64,000 nt of DNA from Candidatus Zixiibacteriota bacterium (GCA_036826635.1 DAISVY010000006.1:14554-78553), one strand, 5' to 3'. Positions 9,475 through 20,587 are shown, numbered from the stretch's first letter. Notes: a model not told the origin generated them from the letters alone. Numbers and translations: made by a program.

Positions 9475-9835
9475 CTTAAGACAAAAAGTTACTCATAGAC
9501 CGCCCAATGTATATCAAAATGGGAAAATGGCAAATAATTCCGGGCTGATTTCATCTTTTAGCCGACAGAAATCCCGGCTCGAGTCGTTTCGGCCGGGAAC
9601 CGTGGCCAAAAGAACAGGGGGGCACAAACGAGCAGGAGTGTCCGACCGGAAAGAACCGTGCCCGTGTCAAATGGCAATAACCACCCTTTGCGTCGGCGGA
9701 TTAGACTGTTCATGAAAAAGATACAATACCCGTCGGAAAACCGGACAGACCAACACCCCGCACCGGGCCAACCTCTATTGACCCGATGCCGCCCCCGATG
9801 TCTGTGTTTTCCGCAACTGCCACAAAATCGACAAA

Positions 9836-10294
9836 CTAAAAATCAGACGAGCGATCGCGCGTGCCCAAACCCTCGAGATACAGCTTCAAATAGCGGTTTT
9901 CTATCTCCGTGCGTTTGACCCGGGCCCTGATAATATCGCGCATTGTCACGATATCAACAATATGATCACCCTCGACAATCGGCATACAGCGAATCCAGTT
10001 TTTGTTCATCACTTCGGCCACGTAGTCAACGTCGTCATCGGACAGACCGACAATGACATTGGTCGTCATCACATCGCCAACTGTCAGATCGTGATAGTCG
10101 CCCCTGGTTTCGTGCACTTTGCGAAAGATATCTTTGGTGCTGGCTATCCCGACCAGGCGGTTGTCCTCATCCACAACCGGCAGGCAACCGATCTTTTCGC
10201 CAAACAACAACTCCATGGCTTCATCGAATGACGTCGATGCCGAACAGGTAATGAGGTCCCGGGATTTCTTTTCCAATACTTGCTTTACCAGCAT
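9836..10294 (-). CDS. CBS-pair domain protein
   Basis: 152 aa containing two CBS repeats (LPVVDEDNRLVGIASTKDI and MPIVEGDHIVDIVTMRDI). Confidence 0.8.
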   Translation of the reverse strand: MLVKQVLEKKSRDLITCSASTSFDEAMELLFGEKIGCLPVVDEDNRLVGIASTKDIFRKVHETRGDYHDLTVGDVMTTNVIVGLSDDDVDYVAEVMNKNWIRCMPIVEGDHIVDIVTMRDIIRARVKRTEIENRYLKLYLEGLGTRDRSSDF

Positions 10295-10335
10295 AGTTTG
10301 CCCTTTCCTTTTGACACATTAACCTCTATATCTAT

Positions 10336-10364
10336 AATATATAAAGGGTTATCAGACTTGACAA
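10336..10364 (-). promoter_or_regulatory. Sigma70-like promoter for the CBS gene
   Basis: On the minus strand the sequence reads TTGTCA, then a 17-nt spacer, then TATATT. It lies about 40 nt upstream of an AAAGGAAAGGG RBS and the ATG at 10294. Confidence 0.4.
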
Positions 10365-10572
10365 GTAAAAGATGGCCTGTGCGCGCACCCATTTCCCCCG
10401 TTCATTTCCCGCCCGGCCATTGAATCCGCCCGTGGTTTTCCCCGGCCGAATCCTTATCACACGGCAACTATCGACAGCGGGGGCACTGACCAACCGAATA
10501 GTTTAAGAAATAAAACGCCTGAACAGGGGATTGCGATCCCGAAACCGGATGAAAAGACGACAATTCCCGGGT

Positions 10573-10600
10573 AAAAAAAAGAGGAGGCCGAAGCCTCCTC
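10573..10600 (-). terminator. Intrinsic terminator downstream of cheW
   Basis: On the minus strand the hairpin GAGGAGGC-TTCG-GCCTCCTC is followed by an 8-T run. It sits about 50 nt after the cheW stop. Confidence 0.7.
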
Positions 10601-10647
10601 ACTCGCATTCGCGAACATATCGAAAACAACACGTGCCGTAATCGATA

Positions 10648-11172
10648 TCAGGTACTCGCGGCCATTTCAGTGACCATATCCGCGGTCACCTCAGAGGTCA
10701 TCTCAGCGGTCATGACTTCATTCATCTCGCCGGCTACACCGGATATATCCAGAAAGATCAGCAATCGTTCCTCAAGCTTGGCCACCCCTTTTATGTACTG
10801 TGAATCGACCGACGTAACAATATCGGGGGGAGGCTCAATAATCGAGGAAGAAATACGAAGAACTTCCTGCACCGAATCTACTATCATACCGATCACGGCC
10901 GTAGCGACATCGCACACCACGATGCGTGTCTCTCTGTCTCTTTCTTTGGATTCAAGTCCGAACCTTCTGCGCAGGTCAATAACCGGAATCACCTTACCCC
11001 GAAGATTTATCACCCCTTCACAGTAATGTGGGGCCTGCGGCACCTGCGTGATGTCGGTCATCCGGTCGATTTCCTGCACTTTCAGGATATCGATTCCGAA
11101 TTCCTCGTCACCGAGTCTGAACGAGACCAGTTGGATCAGCTCGTCGTTTTGTTCCTGTTCGTGTTCCTTCAT
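10648..11172 (-). CDS. cheW: Chemotaxis coupling protein CheW
   Basis: 174 aa with the CheW-like domain pattern (LVSFRLGDEEFGIDILKVQEI...INLRGKVIPVIDLRRRFG). Confidence 0.9.
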   Translation of the reverse strand: MKEHEQEQNDELIQLVSFRLGDEEFGIDILKVQEIDRMTDITQVPQAPHYCEGVINLRGKVIPVIDLRRRFGLESKERDRETRIVVCDVATAVIGMIVDSVQEVLRISSSIIEPPPDIVTSVDSQYIKGVAKLEERLLIFLDISGVAGEMNEVMTAEMTSEVTADMVTEMAAST

Positions 11173-11256
11173 AATACTTCTTCCTGTATCAGCGCCGGTG
11201 AAACAGACCGGGGCCGTCTTATCATCTTTACATTTCCGTACGGCAAGACAGCCCGG

Positions 11257-13332
11257 CTATATCTGCTCTTTAAGTCTGAACTGGGATACCATCTTCTGCA
11301 TCCCTTCGGCCTGGCGGTTCAGTTCTTCCGCCGCCGCCGCCGACTGCTGCGCTCCCGTAGCCGTTTCCTTCGTTATGGCGGTCACGTTCTCGACGTTTTT
11401 CGATATTTGTTCCGCTGCCGTTGACTGCTGTTCCGAAGCCGTCGCAATCTGGCGAATCATATCCATCACCCGTTGGTTCATGGTCACGATCTCATTCAAC
11501 GAATTGCCCGCCTTGTCCGTCAACTCGCGACCGCAGTCAACCTCTTGGATGCCCGTTTCCATCGACCGTACCGCTTCCTGTGTTTCGCTCTGGATTCCCT
11601 TGATCATCTCCGTTATCTCGCCAGTTGCCTGACCGGTACGCTCGGCCAGCTTGCGCACCTCGTCGGCCACCACCGCGAAACCTCGCCCCTGATCCCCGGC
11701 CCGAGCCGCCTCGATAGCCGCGTTCAGAGCCAGAAGGTTCGTCTGGTCCGCAATGTCATCTATTACCCCTATGATCTGACCGATCTGGTCCGCCGAGGAC
11801 GCCAGCTTGCCTATCGAATCCGACGACTCACGAACCACGTCGGCAATACGCTGCATCCCACAAATCGTCTGGCTGACTATTTCTCCCCCGTTAGCGGCCG
11901 TGTCCGAAGCGTTCCGGGCTCCGTCCGAGGCCTCACCGGCGTTCCGGGACGATTCCAGGATCGTCGCCGTCATTTCCTCGATAGCCGACGAAACCTGACT
12001 CATCTGTGCAGTTTGATCGTTGGCTCCCCGGGACATCTGTTCCGATGATGAGGCCACCTCGTTCGCCGCCGACACCAACTGCGTCGCGTTGTCCGACATC
12101 TGACGAACTATTTGCGTAAGGTTCACGAGCATCGTCCGGAACGAATTGCCCAGAATGTCCTGATCCGACTTCGGCTGCACATCGACCTGAAGGTCATTGG
12201 CCGCAATACGTTCCGCCGCCGAAGCCAGGTCCTGCATGTAGGCGATCAAAGCCCGGAACGAGGCTGCCAGAACACCCACCTCGTCCTTCGACTCCAGTTC
12301 AATCGTGTGATTAATATCACCGGTCGATATCTTTTCAGCGACACGAGCCATTTGGGAAACCGGGCGTGAAACTCCCCGGGCGATGAAGAAAGCGATAAAC
12401 ACCCCAATAAGTACCGCCCCCAATACGAAAGCGGTAGTCATGGTAATAGCCAGATTCCGAGCCGATTGCATGTTGTCTTTTTCCGTGCGACGCAGTTCGC
12501 CGCAAATCGCAACAACGTTGCGGCCGGACGAGATAAGCACGTTCTCAAGGGCCACCGATCTGTCATAGGCAGACTGATACGCATCAAAGGCCAATTCGTA
12601 ATCTTCGGCACTTTTAACAACAGCGTCGATCTGATCACGGTTTTCCTGTTTCTTCATCATGCCTTTGGCTATCTGGGCTTGCTCTTTCAACTGGTTGAGA
12701 TAACCGACGACCTTTTCTACGTACTCGGTGTCCTTTCTCATAACGAAGTTCTTCTCGTGCCGGCGCATCTGCAGTATCCATTTAAGCATGCGATTCGCAG
12801 CGTCCGCCTTGGCTACCCGGTCCTGAAGCTGCTGAGAACTCGCCCGGGAAGCGAATTCCTGTTCCATCTGTTCTTTTTGGCTGGTACGCAGGTTCTCGCA
12901 CTCGGCTTCGCACCTTCTGCCGGCCACCACCATATCCTGCAAAGCTGCTTTGCCTTCTTTATCGGTCTGGGCCCAGTTTTCGCTGGCCTCCTGGTACGCC
13001 TCCAAATCCCCAATACACTCGTTAATAGCCGTAATTTCGGAAGGGGTCGTCAGCCTGGCTTCCAATTCGTTGGCCAGGGTGATCCCCTCGGTGATGTGTT
13101 TGTGCAGTTCGTCAATGTATTGATCATCATCCCGGATGATATAATTCTTCTCCGCCTGCCTGCAATCCTGGGCGATTTTGATCAGCCGATTGGCGTCATC
13201 GGCAACTTCCACCTTAGCCGATACCGTGGTCAGACCATCATAGCTCACCCAGCCGGTGACCAGGGTCAGTATCAGGACGATACCGAAACCGATGTACAGT
13301 TTCTTGGCTATTTCCAGATTTTTCCAACTCAT
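11257..13332 (-). CDS. Methyl-accepting chemotaxis protein (TM, helical sensor domain, HAMP, MA signalling domain)
   Basis: It contains the conserved MCP signalling hairpin (IADQTNLLALNAAIEAARAGDQGRGFAVVADEVRKLAERT) and a HAMP region. I prefer the start ATG at 13330-13332 (MSWKNLEIAKK), which is preceded by a GAGGGAGAG RBS, over the ORF-track start at 13389. Confidence 0.9.
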   Translation of the reverse strand: MSWKNLEIAKKLYIGFGIVLILTLVTGWVSYDGLTTVSAKVEVADDANRLIKIAQDCRQAEKNYIIRDDDQYIDELHKHITEGITLANELEARLTTPSEITAINECIGDLEAYQEASENWAQTDKEGKAALQDMVVAGRRCEAECENLRTSQKEQMEQEFASRASSQQLQDRVAKADAANRMLKWILQMRRHEKNFVMRKDTEYVEKVVGYLNQLKEQAQIAKGMMKKQENRDQIDAVVKSAEDYELAFDAYQSAYDRSVALENVLISSGRNVVAICGELRRTEKDNMQSARNLAITMTTAFVLGAVLIGVFIAFFIARGVSRPVSQMARVAEKISTGDINHTIELESKDEVGVLAASFRALIAYMQDLASAAERIAANDLQVDVQPKSDQDILGNSFRTMLVNLTQIVRQMSDNATQLVSAANEVASSSEQMSRGANDQTAQMSQVSSAIEEMTATILESSRNAGEASDGARNASDTAANGGEIVSQTICGMQRIADVVRESSDSIGKLASSADQIGQIIGVIDDIADQTNLLALNAAIEAARAGDQGRGFAVVADEVRKLAERTGQATGEITEMIKGIQSETQEAVRSMETGIQEVDCGRELTDKAGNSLNEIVTMNQRVMDMIRQIATASEQQSTAAEQISKNVENVTAITKETATGAQQSAAAAEELNRQAEGMQKMVSQFRLKEQI

Positions 13333-13808
13333 GCCCGCTCTCCCTCGTTGATTATCTTTCTCCCGTATCGCCTGCCGAAACCGCAGCAAGTTCTGTCGTT
13401 ATCGCAACCTGATGTCAATGCACGGGCTGAACAATGCAATTGCGATAATAAGGTTCACTCTGCCACATATCACTACGCGATTCGGGAAAGTGCTTTATCG
13501 GACAATACAGACCGAGCCCGGACCCGATAATTCCACCGATCAGTGAAACCCGGATCGGCCTCAATTAATACTCGCTCCCTGAGTTCAGCTCGGATTGTCA
13601 TCTTCCGTGTATCCCCTCGATCCGGTGGTCTGGTTTCTCTGTCGCCGACAGCGACACTACCCCGTGGCTGCCTCTTCGGCATTCCTCGAGGCCCTATCCA
13701 CCGCTCACCTATAGAGAAGTAATCGGCCGGATTAACAAGAACCTAAGCTATAGAACTGTATTAACTTTGACCAACCATGCCGGTCGGAAAAAGGCTCCCG
13801 ATCCGCAG

Positions 13809-15254
13809 TCAGGCCACAGAATCAAGCCCGGGACGAGGCCACCTCAAAGAGAAAAGAGGCGTGGCCACCAACGACACGATCATACCGACCGTACCGGCCT
13901 GAGGGGACGGCATGCCCCCGGCGTAAAGCGCTATACAAACGCCCAAACCCAGGATCGACGAGATAATCGCCCCGGTTTTGTTTACCCAGCGAGTAAAAAG
14001 CCCCCAGATGAAAGGCCCCAGGAAAACCGACCCGATAGCCCCCCAGGAGATACCGAGAATGGCCACGATATGAGTTGGCTTGAGATAAGCGAAAAAGACC
14101 GACAGAAACACGAAAAAGGCGCTGGCCAGACGCATCAGGAAAGTGAGCTTTCTGTCCGAAACACCCGGATTGATAAACCCGGCGTAGAGATCTCGGGCCA
14201 CCGAGGAACTGGAAATCAGCACCAGAGCAGCCAGGGTGGACATCGAAGCCGAGAGGATCAAAAGAAGGATCAGCACCGACAGAGAATCGGGGATGACGTT
14301 GGCCAGAAGCTCCGGCATCAGGGCGTCGAAAATCGGTGCGCCATGATCAAAAGCGGTCGGCGCCGATTCCGGTGAGAGAAAGACGCGGCCGGTGGCACCG
14401 GTAAAATAGGCCGCTCCGCCAACGAGAATTGCGAAAATAGTGGAAGCCACCATACCGATCCGAATCGACTTACGGTCTTTGACGGCATAAAATTTCTGAA
14501 CCAGTTGGGGCATGGCAAAAGGAGCCACGCTGGTAAGAAACACCAGACTGAACAACGGCCACCAACCGGGCGGTCCGACCACCTCGGTGAGTTTGGGGTC
14601 TATTTCCCTCAGGGTCCGAACAATGCCGCTCAAACCACCGCCCTGATCCACCGTACTCCAGACCAGAATTATTACCCCGACCACCATTATCATGCCGAAG
14701 AAAACATCGATCATGGTCATCGACCGATACCCGCCCAGCACCAGATAAAGCGCCGTGAACAGCCCCATCAACACCAGTGCCCATTCGTAGGGGATATGGA
14801 AATTGGACTCGAAAAGATGACTCAGCCCTTTGAAGACAGCCGCCGAATAAGGAACGAAAAACACGAAGATACACACGGCGGCAAATATCTTCAGAAATCG
14901 GCTGTCATAACGTTTCTGAAAAAACTCCGGCATCGTGGCCACTTCGTATTCGAGCGACATTTTCTTGATCCGATTACCCAGCAACCACCAGACAGCCAGC
15001 ACCCCGATCAAAGCATTGCCCAGCGCGATCCACAGATCGGAAAAACCGAATCCCCAGCCGATTTTACCGGCGAAACCGATAAAAACAACCGCCGAGAAAT
15101 AAGCCGTACCATAGGTGAAGGCGGTCATCCACGGGCCGATACTGCGCCCCCCGAGGAAGAAATCCGAAAACGAATGGGTCTTGCGCATGGCGCGCAGTCC
15201 GACAAGGACTATCGTCAGCCCATAGGCCACTATCACGACGATTTTCAGGAACAT
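13809..15254 (-). CDS. Sodium:solute symporter (SSS family, PutP/PanF-like)
   Basis: 481 aa with about 13 TM helices and an N-terminal FFLGGRSIGPW motif typical of SSS transporters. Confidence 0.85.
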   Translation of the reverse strand: MFLKIVVIVAYGLTIVLVGLRAMRKTHSFSDFFLGGRSIGPWMTAFTYGTAYFSAVVFIGFAGKIGWGFGFSDLWIALGNALIGVLAVWWLLGNRIKKMSLEYEVATMPEFFQKRYDSRFLKIFAAVCIFVFFVPYSAAVFKGLSHLFESNFHIPYEWALVLMGLFTALYLVLGGYRSMTMIDVFFGMIMVVGVIILVWSTVDQGGGLSGIVRTLREIDPKLTEVVGPPGWWPLFSLVFLTSVAPFAMPQLVQKFYAVKDRKSIRIGMVASTIFAILVGGAAYFTGATGRVFLSPESAPTAFDHGAPIFDALMPELLANVIPDSLSVLILLLILSASMSTLAALVLISSSSVARDLYAGFINPGVSDRKLTFLMRLASAFFVFLSVFFAYLKPTHIVAILGISWGAIGSVFLGPFIWGLFTRWVNKTGAIISSILGLGVCIALYAGGMPSPQAGTVGMIVSLVATPLFSLRWPRPGLDSVA

Positions 15255-15587
15255 GGTCTCTCCCTGGTTGCTATGGCAGACAAGAGGGTGGCCGGCGGTT
15301 CTTCGGGGCCGTTCAGTGAGCCCGAGGACTCAACGCCTTCCCTCGTGGTCTGCATTCGTGGTTGCCGGGTTCACGCGGTTTATCGATCACTCCCGATGCC
15401 CGGGGATATACACCGATACTGCCTCCGACCCGGGCCGACCGGTGCAAGAACCACCGCCCCGACCAGAACCGGACAGGTTACGGACAAGCTGATTTACTGT
15501 GATCAATTAACCCGCACAGGAGACAACAAACCGTTCCCCGGGGCACTTGTCAAGCTTTCCGGTAAATACCTCGGCACAGCCGCAGCA

Positions 15588-16898
15588 TCAATAAGGATAG
15601 AAAACGTAAAACAGCAGCGATAACGCGGCCAGAATCCACATGCCCAGCGCCACCTCGCGTGCCCGCCCGGCGAATATCTTGGCCAGGGGGTAAGTGACAA
15701 ACCCGGCCGTGATGCCAACCCCCAGATTGAAACTGAAAGACATCATGACAATAGCACAAAAAGCCGGCAGGGCCTCCGTAAGGTCATGATATTCAAGCCG
15801 GGTCACCGGGCCGAGCATAAGCAAACCCACGATCATCAGAGCCGGACCGTAGGCACAGGCCGGTATGGCTGTCAGAAGCGGTGAGAAAAACAACGCCAGC
15901 AGAAAGAGCAACGCGGTAACTACCGCCGTCAGCCCGGATCGACCGCCCGCCTCAATCCCGGCCGCCGATTCAAGATAGATACCGGCCGTACTGGTTCCGA
16001 GCAGCGCCCCGACCACCGTAGCCGTGGAATCGCAGAGCATTGGTTTTTCTATCTCTGGAAGGTTCCCCTGTTCATCCAGCAGCCCCGCTTTATAGGACAA
16101 ACCCATGAGTGTGCCGGTGGTATCGACGAAATCCATGACAAGCACGGTGAGAATAACGGAGAAAAAGCCCCAGTGAAGAGCCCCGGCGATATCCAGTTCC
16201 AGAAAGATCGGTTTCAGGCTGGGAGGCATGCTCACCAATTGCGTCGGGAAGGCAGCCACCCCCGTAACAAAAGCGACCACCGACATGGAAAGAATACCGA
16301 TAAGCAAAGCACCCTTGAAACGGTGGATCATCAGAAAAGCCATAACGAAAAAACAGACGACGGCCAGAAAAATCGGCAGGCTGGTAAGATCACCCACGTG
16401 CACGGGGGCACCTTCCACCCCCAACTCGACGATACCGGTATGGTTAAGACCGATAAAAGTCAGATACAAACCGATCCCGACCGAGAAAGCGATCTTAAGT
16501 GAATTGGGGATAGCGTTGGCCAGCCAGCTTCTGATGCGAAAAGCACTGATAAGAGTGAAGAGCACGCCGCCGATAAACACCGCCCCCAAAGCGGTTTGCC
16601 AGGTGTAGCCCAGTACCTGCACAACCGTATAAGCGATAAATGCGTTTTCCCCCATGTAAGGCAGAATGGCAAAAGGCCGCCGGGCATAGATACCGAGCGC
16701 CATCGTTCCGAAAAACGCCGTCAATATGGTAGCAACCATCGAGGGACCAAACGGAATCCCCGCCGCTTCCAGAACTTTCGGATTCACGACGATGACGTAG
16801 GCGACGGTAGCGAAAGTCGTTACCCCGGCCAACACCTCGCGGCGGAAAGTCGTTTGCAGAGCTTCGAGCCTGAAATACCTGCTGATCCATCCGGACAT
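15588..16898 (-). CDS. NCS2-family purine permease (AzgA/PbuG-like adenine/guanine/hypoxanthine permease)
   Basis: The N-terminus reads FRLEALQTTFRREVLAGVTTFATVAYVIVVNP, as in AzgA-type permeases. I chose the start at 16898 (MSGWISRYF) because a GGAGGTG RBS lies 7 nt upstream. Confidence 0.85.
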   Translation of the reverse strand: MSGWISRYFRLEALQTTFRREVLAGVTTFATVAYVIVVNPKVLEAAGIPFGPSMVATILTAFFGTMALGIYARRPFAILPYMGENAFIAYTVVQVLGYTWQTALGAVFIGGVLFTLISAFRIRSWLANAIPNSLKIAFSVGIGLYLTFIGLNHTGIVELGVEGAPVHVGDLTSLPIFLAVVCFFVMAFLMIHRFKGALLIGILSMSVVAFVTGVAAFPTQLVSMPPSLKPIFLELDIAGALHWGFFSVILTVLVMDFVDTTGTLMGLSYKAGLLDEQGNLPEIEKPMLCDSTATVVGALLGTSTAGIYLESAAGIEAGGRSGLTAVVTALLFLLALFFSPLLTAIPACAYGPALMIVGLLMLGPVTRLEYHDLTEALPAFCAIVMMSFSFNLGVGITAGFVTYPLAKIFAGRAREVALGMWILAALSLLFYVFYPY

Positions 16899-17136
16899 CG
16901 TGTCACCTCCAATCACGGCCGGTATTGCATGCGCGCGCCGGTCATCCGAAAAGAAATTGCAAACAAAAAGAACGGCTGTCCAGAAGAAACTTAACCCCTT
17001 AACCCCATCATCCGTTTTGAACCGGGTATGCGTATCACCACAGCATTGAATATACTGATAGTCACTCTGCGCAAGAGCGCCACCGGATCAACGGTGAGAT
17101 TCGAATAACGACGCGGGGCGTGCCCGGGTAACACGT

Positions 17137-18459
17137 CTACCGTCTGATTGTCCCGGCCAGACTGCGTATGTCCTGCCCGCTCGGATCCTGATAAACGCGC
17201 AAATCAAAAAGCGGCACCACGGCCAGAATATGATCGAATATATCCGACTGGATAGCCTCGTAGTTGGCCCAGACCTGATCGTTACTGAAAACGTAAATCT
17301 CTATCGGCAAACCGTGCTCACCGGGCGCAAGCTGCCGCACGAGGAACGTCATCGACTGATGAATCTTGGGATGATGTCTCAGATACGCTTCCACGTACGC
17401 CCGGAAAGTCCCGATATTGGTCAGGTGCCGGCCGTTGACCAGTTCGGAAGTATCGACCTTGTGTTCCTCGTTGTATTTCGACAGCTCTTCTTTTTTGCGC
17501 TCGATATAGTCGGTGATATACTGATACTTCGAATATCGACGCAACATGTCCTCGTCGCAGAACCTGATCGTGTTGATATCGATATATACCGCCCGCTTGA
17601 TCCTCCGGCCGCCGGACTCGCTCATCCCTTTCCAGTTTTTGAATGAATCGGAAATCAGGGAATAGGTGGGAATGGTGCTTATCGTTTTATCCCAGTTCTG
17701 GACTTTGATGGTGTGCAGGGATATATCGACCACGTCACCATCGGCGCCGTACTTCGGCATCTCGATCCAGTCGCCCAGCCCGATCATGTTGTTGGTGGCA
17801 ATCTGAAAAGAGGCCACCAAACCCAGAATGGAATCTTTGAATACCAGTATCAGCACGGCGGTCAGTGCCCCCAGACCACTGAGCAACACGACAGGCGACT
17901 GACCGAGAATGACAGCAACCAGAAAAATTGCCAGCAGCACGAGTACGATTATCTGTACGATCTGCACATAGCCCTTGATGGGCCGGCTTTTGGCAATTTC
18001 CAGGGTACGGTAGACATCGATCACGGCGTTGCAAAAGGCGTTGAATACCATACCGCCCACGATGGCCATATAAACGATAGCCAGCCGTCGAATGAGGTCA
18101 TCGACACCGGGAAAGGCTCCGGCGAACCAATAGAAAATCAGGGCCGGGGCGATGTGCGCCGCCCGATGGAGAACCCGTCGTTCCAAAAGAGCGTCGTCCC
18201 ACTTGGTTTTGCTTCGGCGTATGATAAAAGACAGCCCCGCCAGAAAAACCCGTTTGGTCACGACATTCGCCAGCCAGGCCATTACAATGACAACCAGTGC
18301 AACAACCGCCCAGCTCACATATCCCAGAGCGGCCCCTTCCAAACCGTGACCGGCCAGCCAGTTTTTCACCAGATTAAACACGCTTACGTCCCCTGTTTCT
18401 TCATATTGGTCAACATCCGCGAATGACGGGAAAGTAAAACGCGGCCTTTGTCGGGACAA
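17137..18459 (-). CDS. Mechanosensitive ion channel (MscS family)
   Basis: 440 aa with N-terminal TM helices and an MscS beta-domain pattern (IGLGDWIEMPKYGADGDVVDISLHTIKVQNWDKTISTIPT). Confidence 0.85.
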   Translation of the reverse strand: MSRQRPRFTFPSFADVDQYEETGDVSVFNLVKNWLAGHGLEGAALGYVSWAVVALVVIVMAWLANVVTKRVFLAGLSFIIRRSKTKWDDALLERRVLHRAAHIAPALIFYWFAGAFPGVDDLIRRLAIVYMAIVGGMVFNAFCNAVIDVYRTLEIAKSRPIKGYVQIVQIIVLVLLAIFLVAVILGQSPVVLLSGLGALTAVLILVFKDSILGLVASFQIATNNMIGLGDWIEMPKYGADGDVVDISLHTIKVQNWDKTISTIPTYSLISDSFKNWKGMSESGGRRIKRAVYIDINTIRFCDEDMLRRYSKYQYITDYIERKKEELSKYNEEHKVDTSELVNGRHLTNIGTFRAYVEAYLRHHPKIHQSMTFLVRQLAPGEHGLPIEIYVFSNDQVWANYEAIQSDIFDHILAVVPLFDLRVYQDPSGQDIRSLAGTIRR

Positions 18460-18589
18460 GCTTTAATCGGAATTATAGCCGAAACGGCGAGATCAACATT
18501 TCCCGTGACAAACCGACATACAGAAAGTAACATAGGCTGCAAGCCCAAACTAAAATATACAGCCACGAAAAGAAAGCGCTTGATCTCAT

Positions 18590-20587
18590 ATGTGCGGAAT
18601 CGCCGGATTTTTCCAGATCGAAGGAAAAGCTGAACCCGACCGCGAGTTGATCGGTCGAATGGTGAACATAATCGAACACCGCGGCCCCGATGAGTACGGC
18701 GCGTATCTCGACGATAAGTGCGTTCTGGGACAGGCCCGTCTTTCCATCATCGACCTGGCCGGCGGCTCTCAGCCAATGAGCAACGAAGACAGCTCGATCT
18801 GGATAACGTTCAACGGCGAGATCTTCAACTACGTGGAACTTCGCCCGGAACTCGAAAAGCTGGGCCACCGTTTCAAGACCCGCTCCGATACCGAGGTAAT
18901 CATCCACGCCTACGAACAGTGGGGCAAGGACTGCCTGAACCGTTTCAATGGTCAGTTCGCCTTCGCCATTTACGACAGAAATAAGGAAACGCTTTTCATC
19001 TCCCGTGACCGTCTGGGTATCCGTCCGGTTTTCTACACCGTTCACAACGGTCGTTTCTATTTCGCCTCGGAGATCAAGTCGATCTTCTGCGATCCCGCCG
19101 TGCCGCGGCGTCTGGACTATCGCGGCCTGGATGAAACTTTCACCTGGTGGACCAGCGCCCCGCCGCGCTCGGCTTTCGAAAATATCAACGAACTCGAAGC
19201 CGGGACCTACGTGGAGATCAACAACGGCCGAATCAGCACCGGTCGTTACTGGAGCATGGTTTTCCCGGAAGAATACGATCACGAGCGCACCGCGGCATCA
19301 TGGGCGGAGGAACTTCGCGCCCTGCTGATAGATTCGGTGCGGCTGCGCCTTCGTGCCGACGTCCCGGTGGGGGCATATCTCTCGGGCGGGCTGGACTCGT
19401 CGGCCACCACGGCCCTTATCAAACATTTCACCGACACCCGGGTGGAGACTTTCTCGATTGCCTTCAGCGACGCCGCTTACGATGAGTCGGGCTATCAAAA
19501 CCAGATGGCCGAATACCTGGGGACCAATCATCACCGCGTGCTGTGCGACTATCGCGATATCGCCCAAAATTTCCCGGACGTCATCTGGCATACCGAACGA
19601 CCGATTGTCCGCACCGCCCCCACACCGCTATACATGCTCTCCCGCCTGGTACGAGAGAACAACTTCAAAGTCGTCCTGACCGGCGAAGGCTCCGACGAGA
19701 TTTTAGGCGGCTATGACATTTTCAAAGAGACACTGATCCGCGCCTTCTGGGCTAAGGACCCCGAGTCCAAATGGCGGCCGGCCCTTCTCAAGCGCCTCTA
19801 CCCCACGCTGCCGGTGACGGCTTCACGAGCCGGGGCCTATCTGGCGGCTTTTTACAAAACCGGTCTGAGCGAAACCGACAAGTATTACTTCTCGCACATG
19901 CCGCGCATGGCCACCGCGACCATGATAAAGAATTTCTACTCGTCCGAAACGAAAGAACGGCTGAGCGGTTACGATGCCCGCGAAGCCTACGGTCGTGAAC
20001 TGCCGTCCAACTTCGCCCACTGGCATCATTTGGCCCGGGCGCAGTTTATCGAAGCTCGTTCATTGCTGGCCGGATATATTCTCTCTTCGCAGGGCGACCG
20101 GGTCTCGGCCGCACATTCGGTGGAAGGACGCTTCCCGTTTTTGGATCATCGCGTGGCCGAGTTTGCCGCCACGGTTCCGCCCTGGCACAAGATCCTCGGA
20201 CTCAACGAAAAATTCATCCTCAAAAAAGCCATGCAGCCGGAACTGCCCAAAAACATCCTCGAACGTGTCAAGCAGCCCTACATGGCGCCCGACTCCAACA
20301 GCTTCGTGCAATCCGACGCCCCGGAATACGTGGGACGGATGCTATCCGAGGATATGGTATCACAAAGCGGCATCTTCAACCCGACGGCGGTGAAGAAACT
20401 TCATCAGAAATGCACTCGCATGGCCGACAAGCATCTTTCGTTCAAGGATAACATGTCTTTCGTGGCCATTCTCTCGACGCAACTGCTGATTGATCGTTAC
20501 ATCGACAATTTCCAACCGGCCGCACCGGCGGAGCGCAAAGATTTCACGGTCTGGGAAGACTGTTCTTCCTCGGCGGTGAAAGCGTAA
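18590..20587 (+). CDS. asnB: Asparagine synthase (glutamine-hydrolysing)
   Basis: 665 aa. It has the MCGIAGFF Ntn-amidotransferase start and the synthetase motif AYLSGGLDSS. Confidence 0.9.
   Translation: MCGIAGFFQIEGKAEPDRELIGRMVNIIEHRGPDEYGAYLDDKCVLGQARLSIIDLAGGSQPMSNEDSSIWITFNGEIFNYVELRPELEKLGHRFKTRSDTEVIIHAYEQWGKDCLNRFNGQFAFAIYDRNKETLFISRDRLGIRPVFYTVHNGRFYFASEIKSIFCDPAVPRRLDYRGLDETFTWWTSAPPRSAFENINELEAGTYVEINNGRISTGRYWSMVFPEEYDHERTAASWAEELRALLIDSVRLRLRADVPVGAYLSGGLDSSATTALIKHFTDTRVETFSIAFSDAAYDESGYQNQMAEYLGTNHHRVLCDYRDIAQNFPDVIWHTERPIVRTAPTPLYMLSRLVRENNFKVVLTGEGSDEILGGYDIFKETLIRAFWAKDPESKWRPALLKRLYPTLPVTASRAGAYLAAFYKTGLSETDKYYFSHMPRMATATMIKNFYSSETKERLSGYDAREAYGRELPSNFAHWHHLARAQFIEARSLLAGYILSSQGDRVSAAHSVEGRFPFLDHRVAEFAATVPPWHKILGLNEKFILKKAMQPELPKNILERVKQPYMAPDSNSFVQSDAPEYVGRMLSEDMVSQSGIFNPTAVKKLHQKCTRMADKHLSFKDNMSFVAILSTQLLIDRYIDNFQPAAPAERKDFTVWEDCSSSAVKA

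Noticed and set aside
7930-9498. 522-aa ORF on the plus strand
   Set aside because: It is the mirror image of the carboxyltransferase (mmdA) gene. It has no recognisable motifs and a Gly/His/Arg-rich composition.
13333-13808. Possible structured RNA (fragments reminiscent of SRP RNA, RNase P RNA or a B12 box, e.g. GAAGAGGCAGCCACGGGG) in the 475-nt gap between the symporter and the MCP gene
   Set aside because: None of the diagnostic conserved blocks is present: GAGGAAAGTCCGGGC of RNase P, GGAAGGAAGCAGCC of SRP, or the B12-box context. The local hairpins are short and not nested. It is worth an Infernal scan, but I cannot support a call.
15255-15587. 333-nt leader upstream of the Na+:solute symporter, with a possible long-range pairing (15294-15304 with 15456-15468) and cobalamin-riboswitch-like fragments (GGGAAGGC, CCCGGCAACCAC)
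   Set aside because: The pairing is only 5+5 bp with a bulge. The cobalamin core elements are neither in the right order nor complete, and there is no functional rationale. I left it as unexplained intergenic sequence.
16899-17136. Purine riboswitch upstream of the AzgA-type purine permease
   Set aside because: I looked for the TATAAT...GGATATGG...GTTTCTACC...CCGTAAA...GACTAT core on the minus strand. Only an isolated GACTAT was found.
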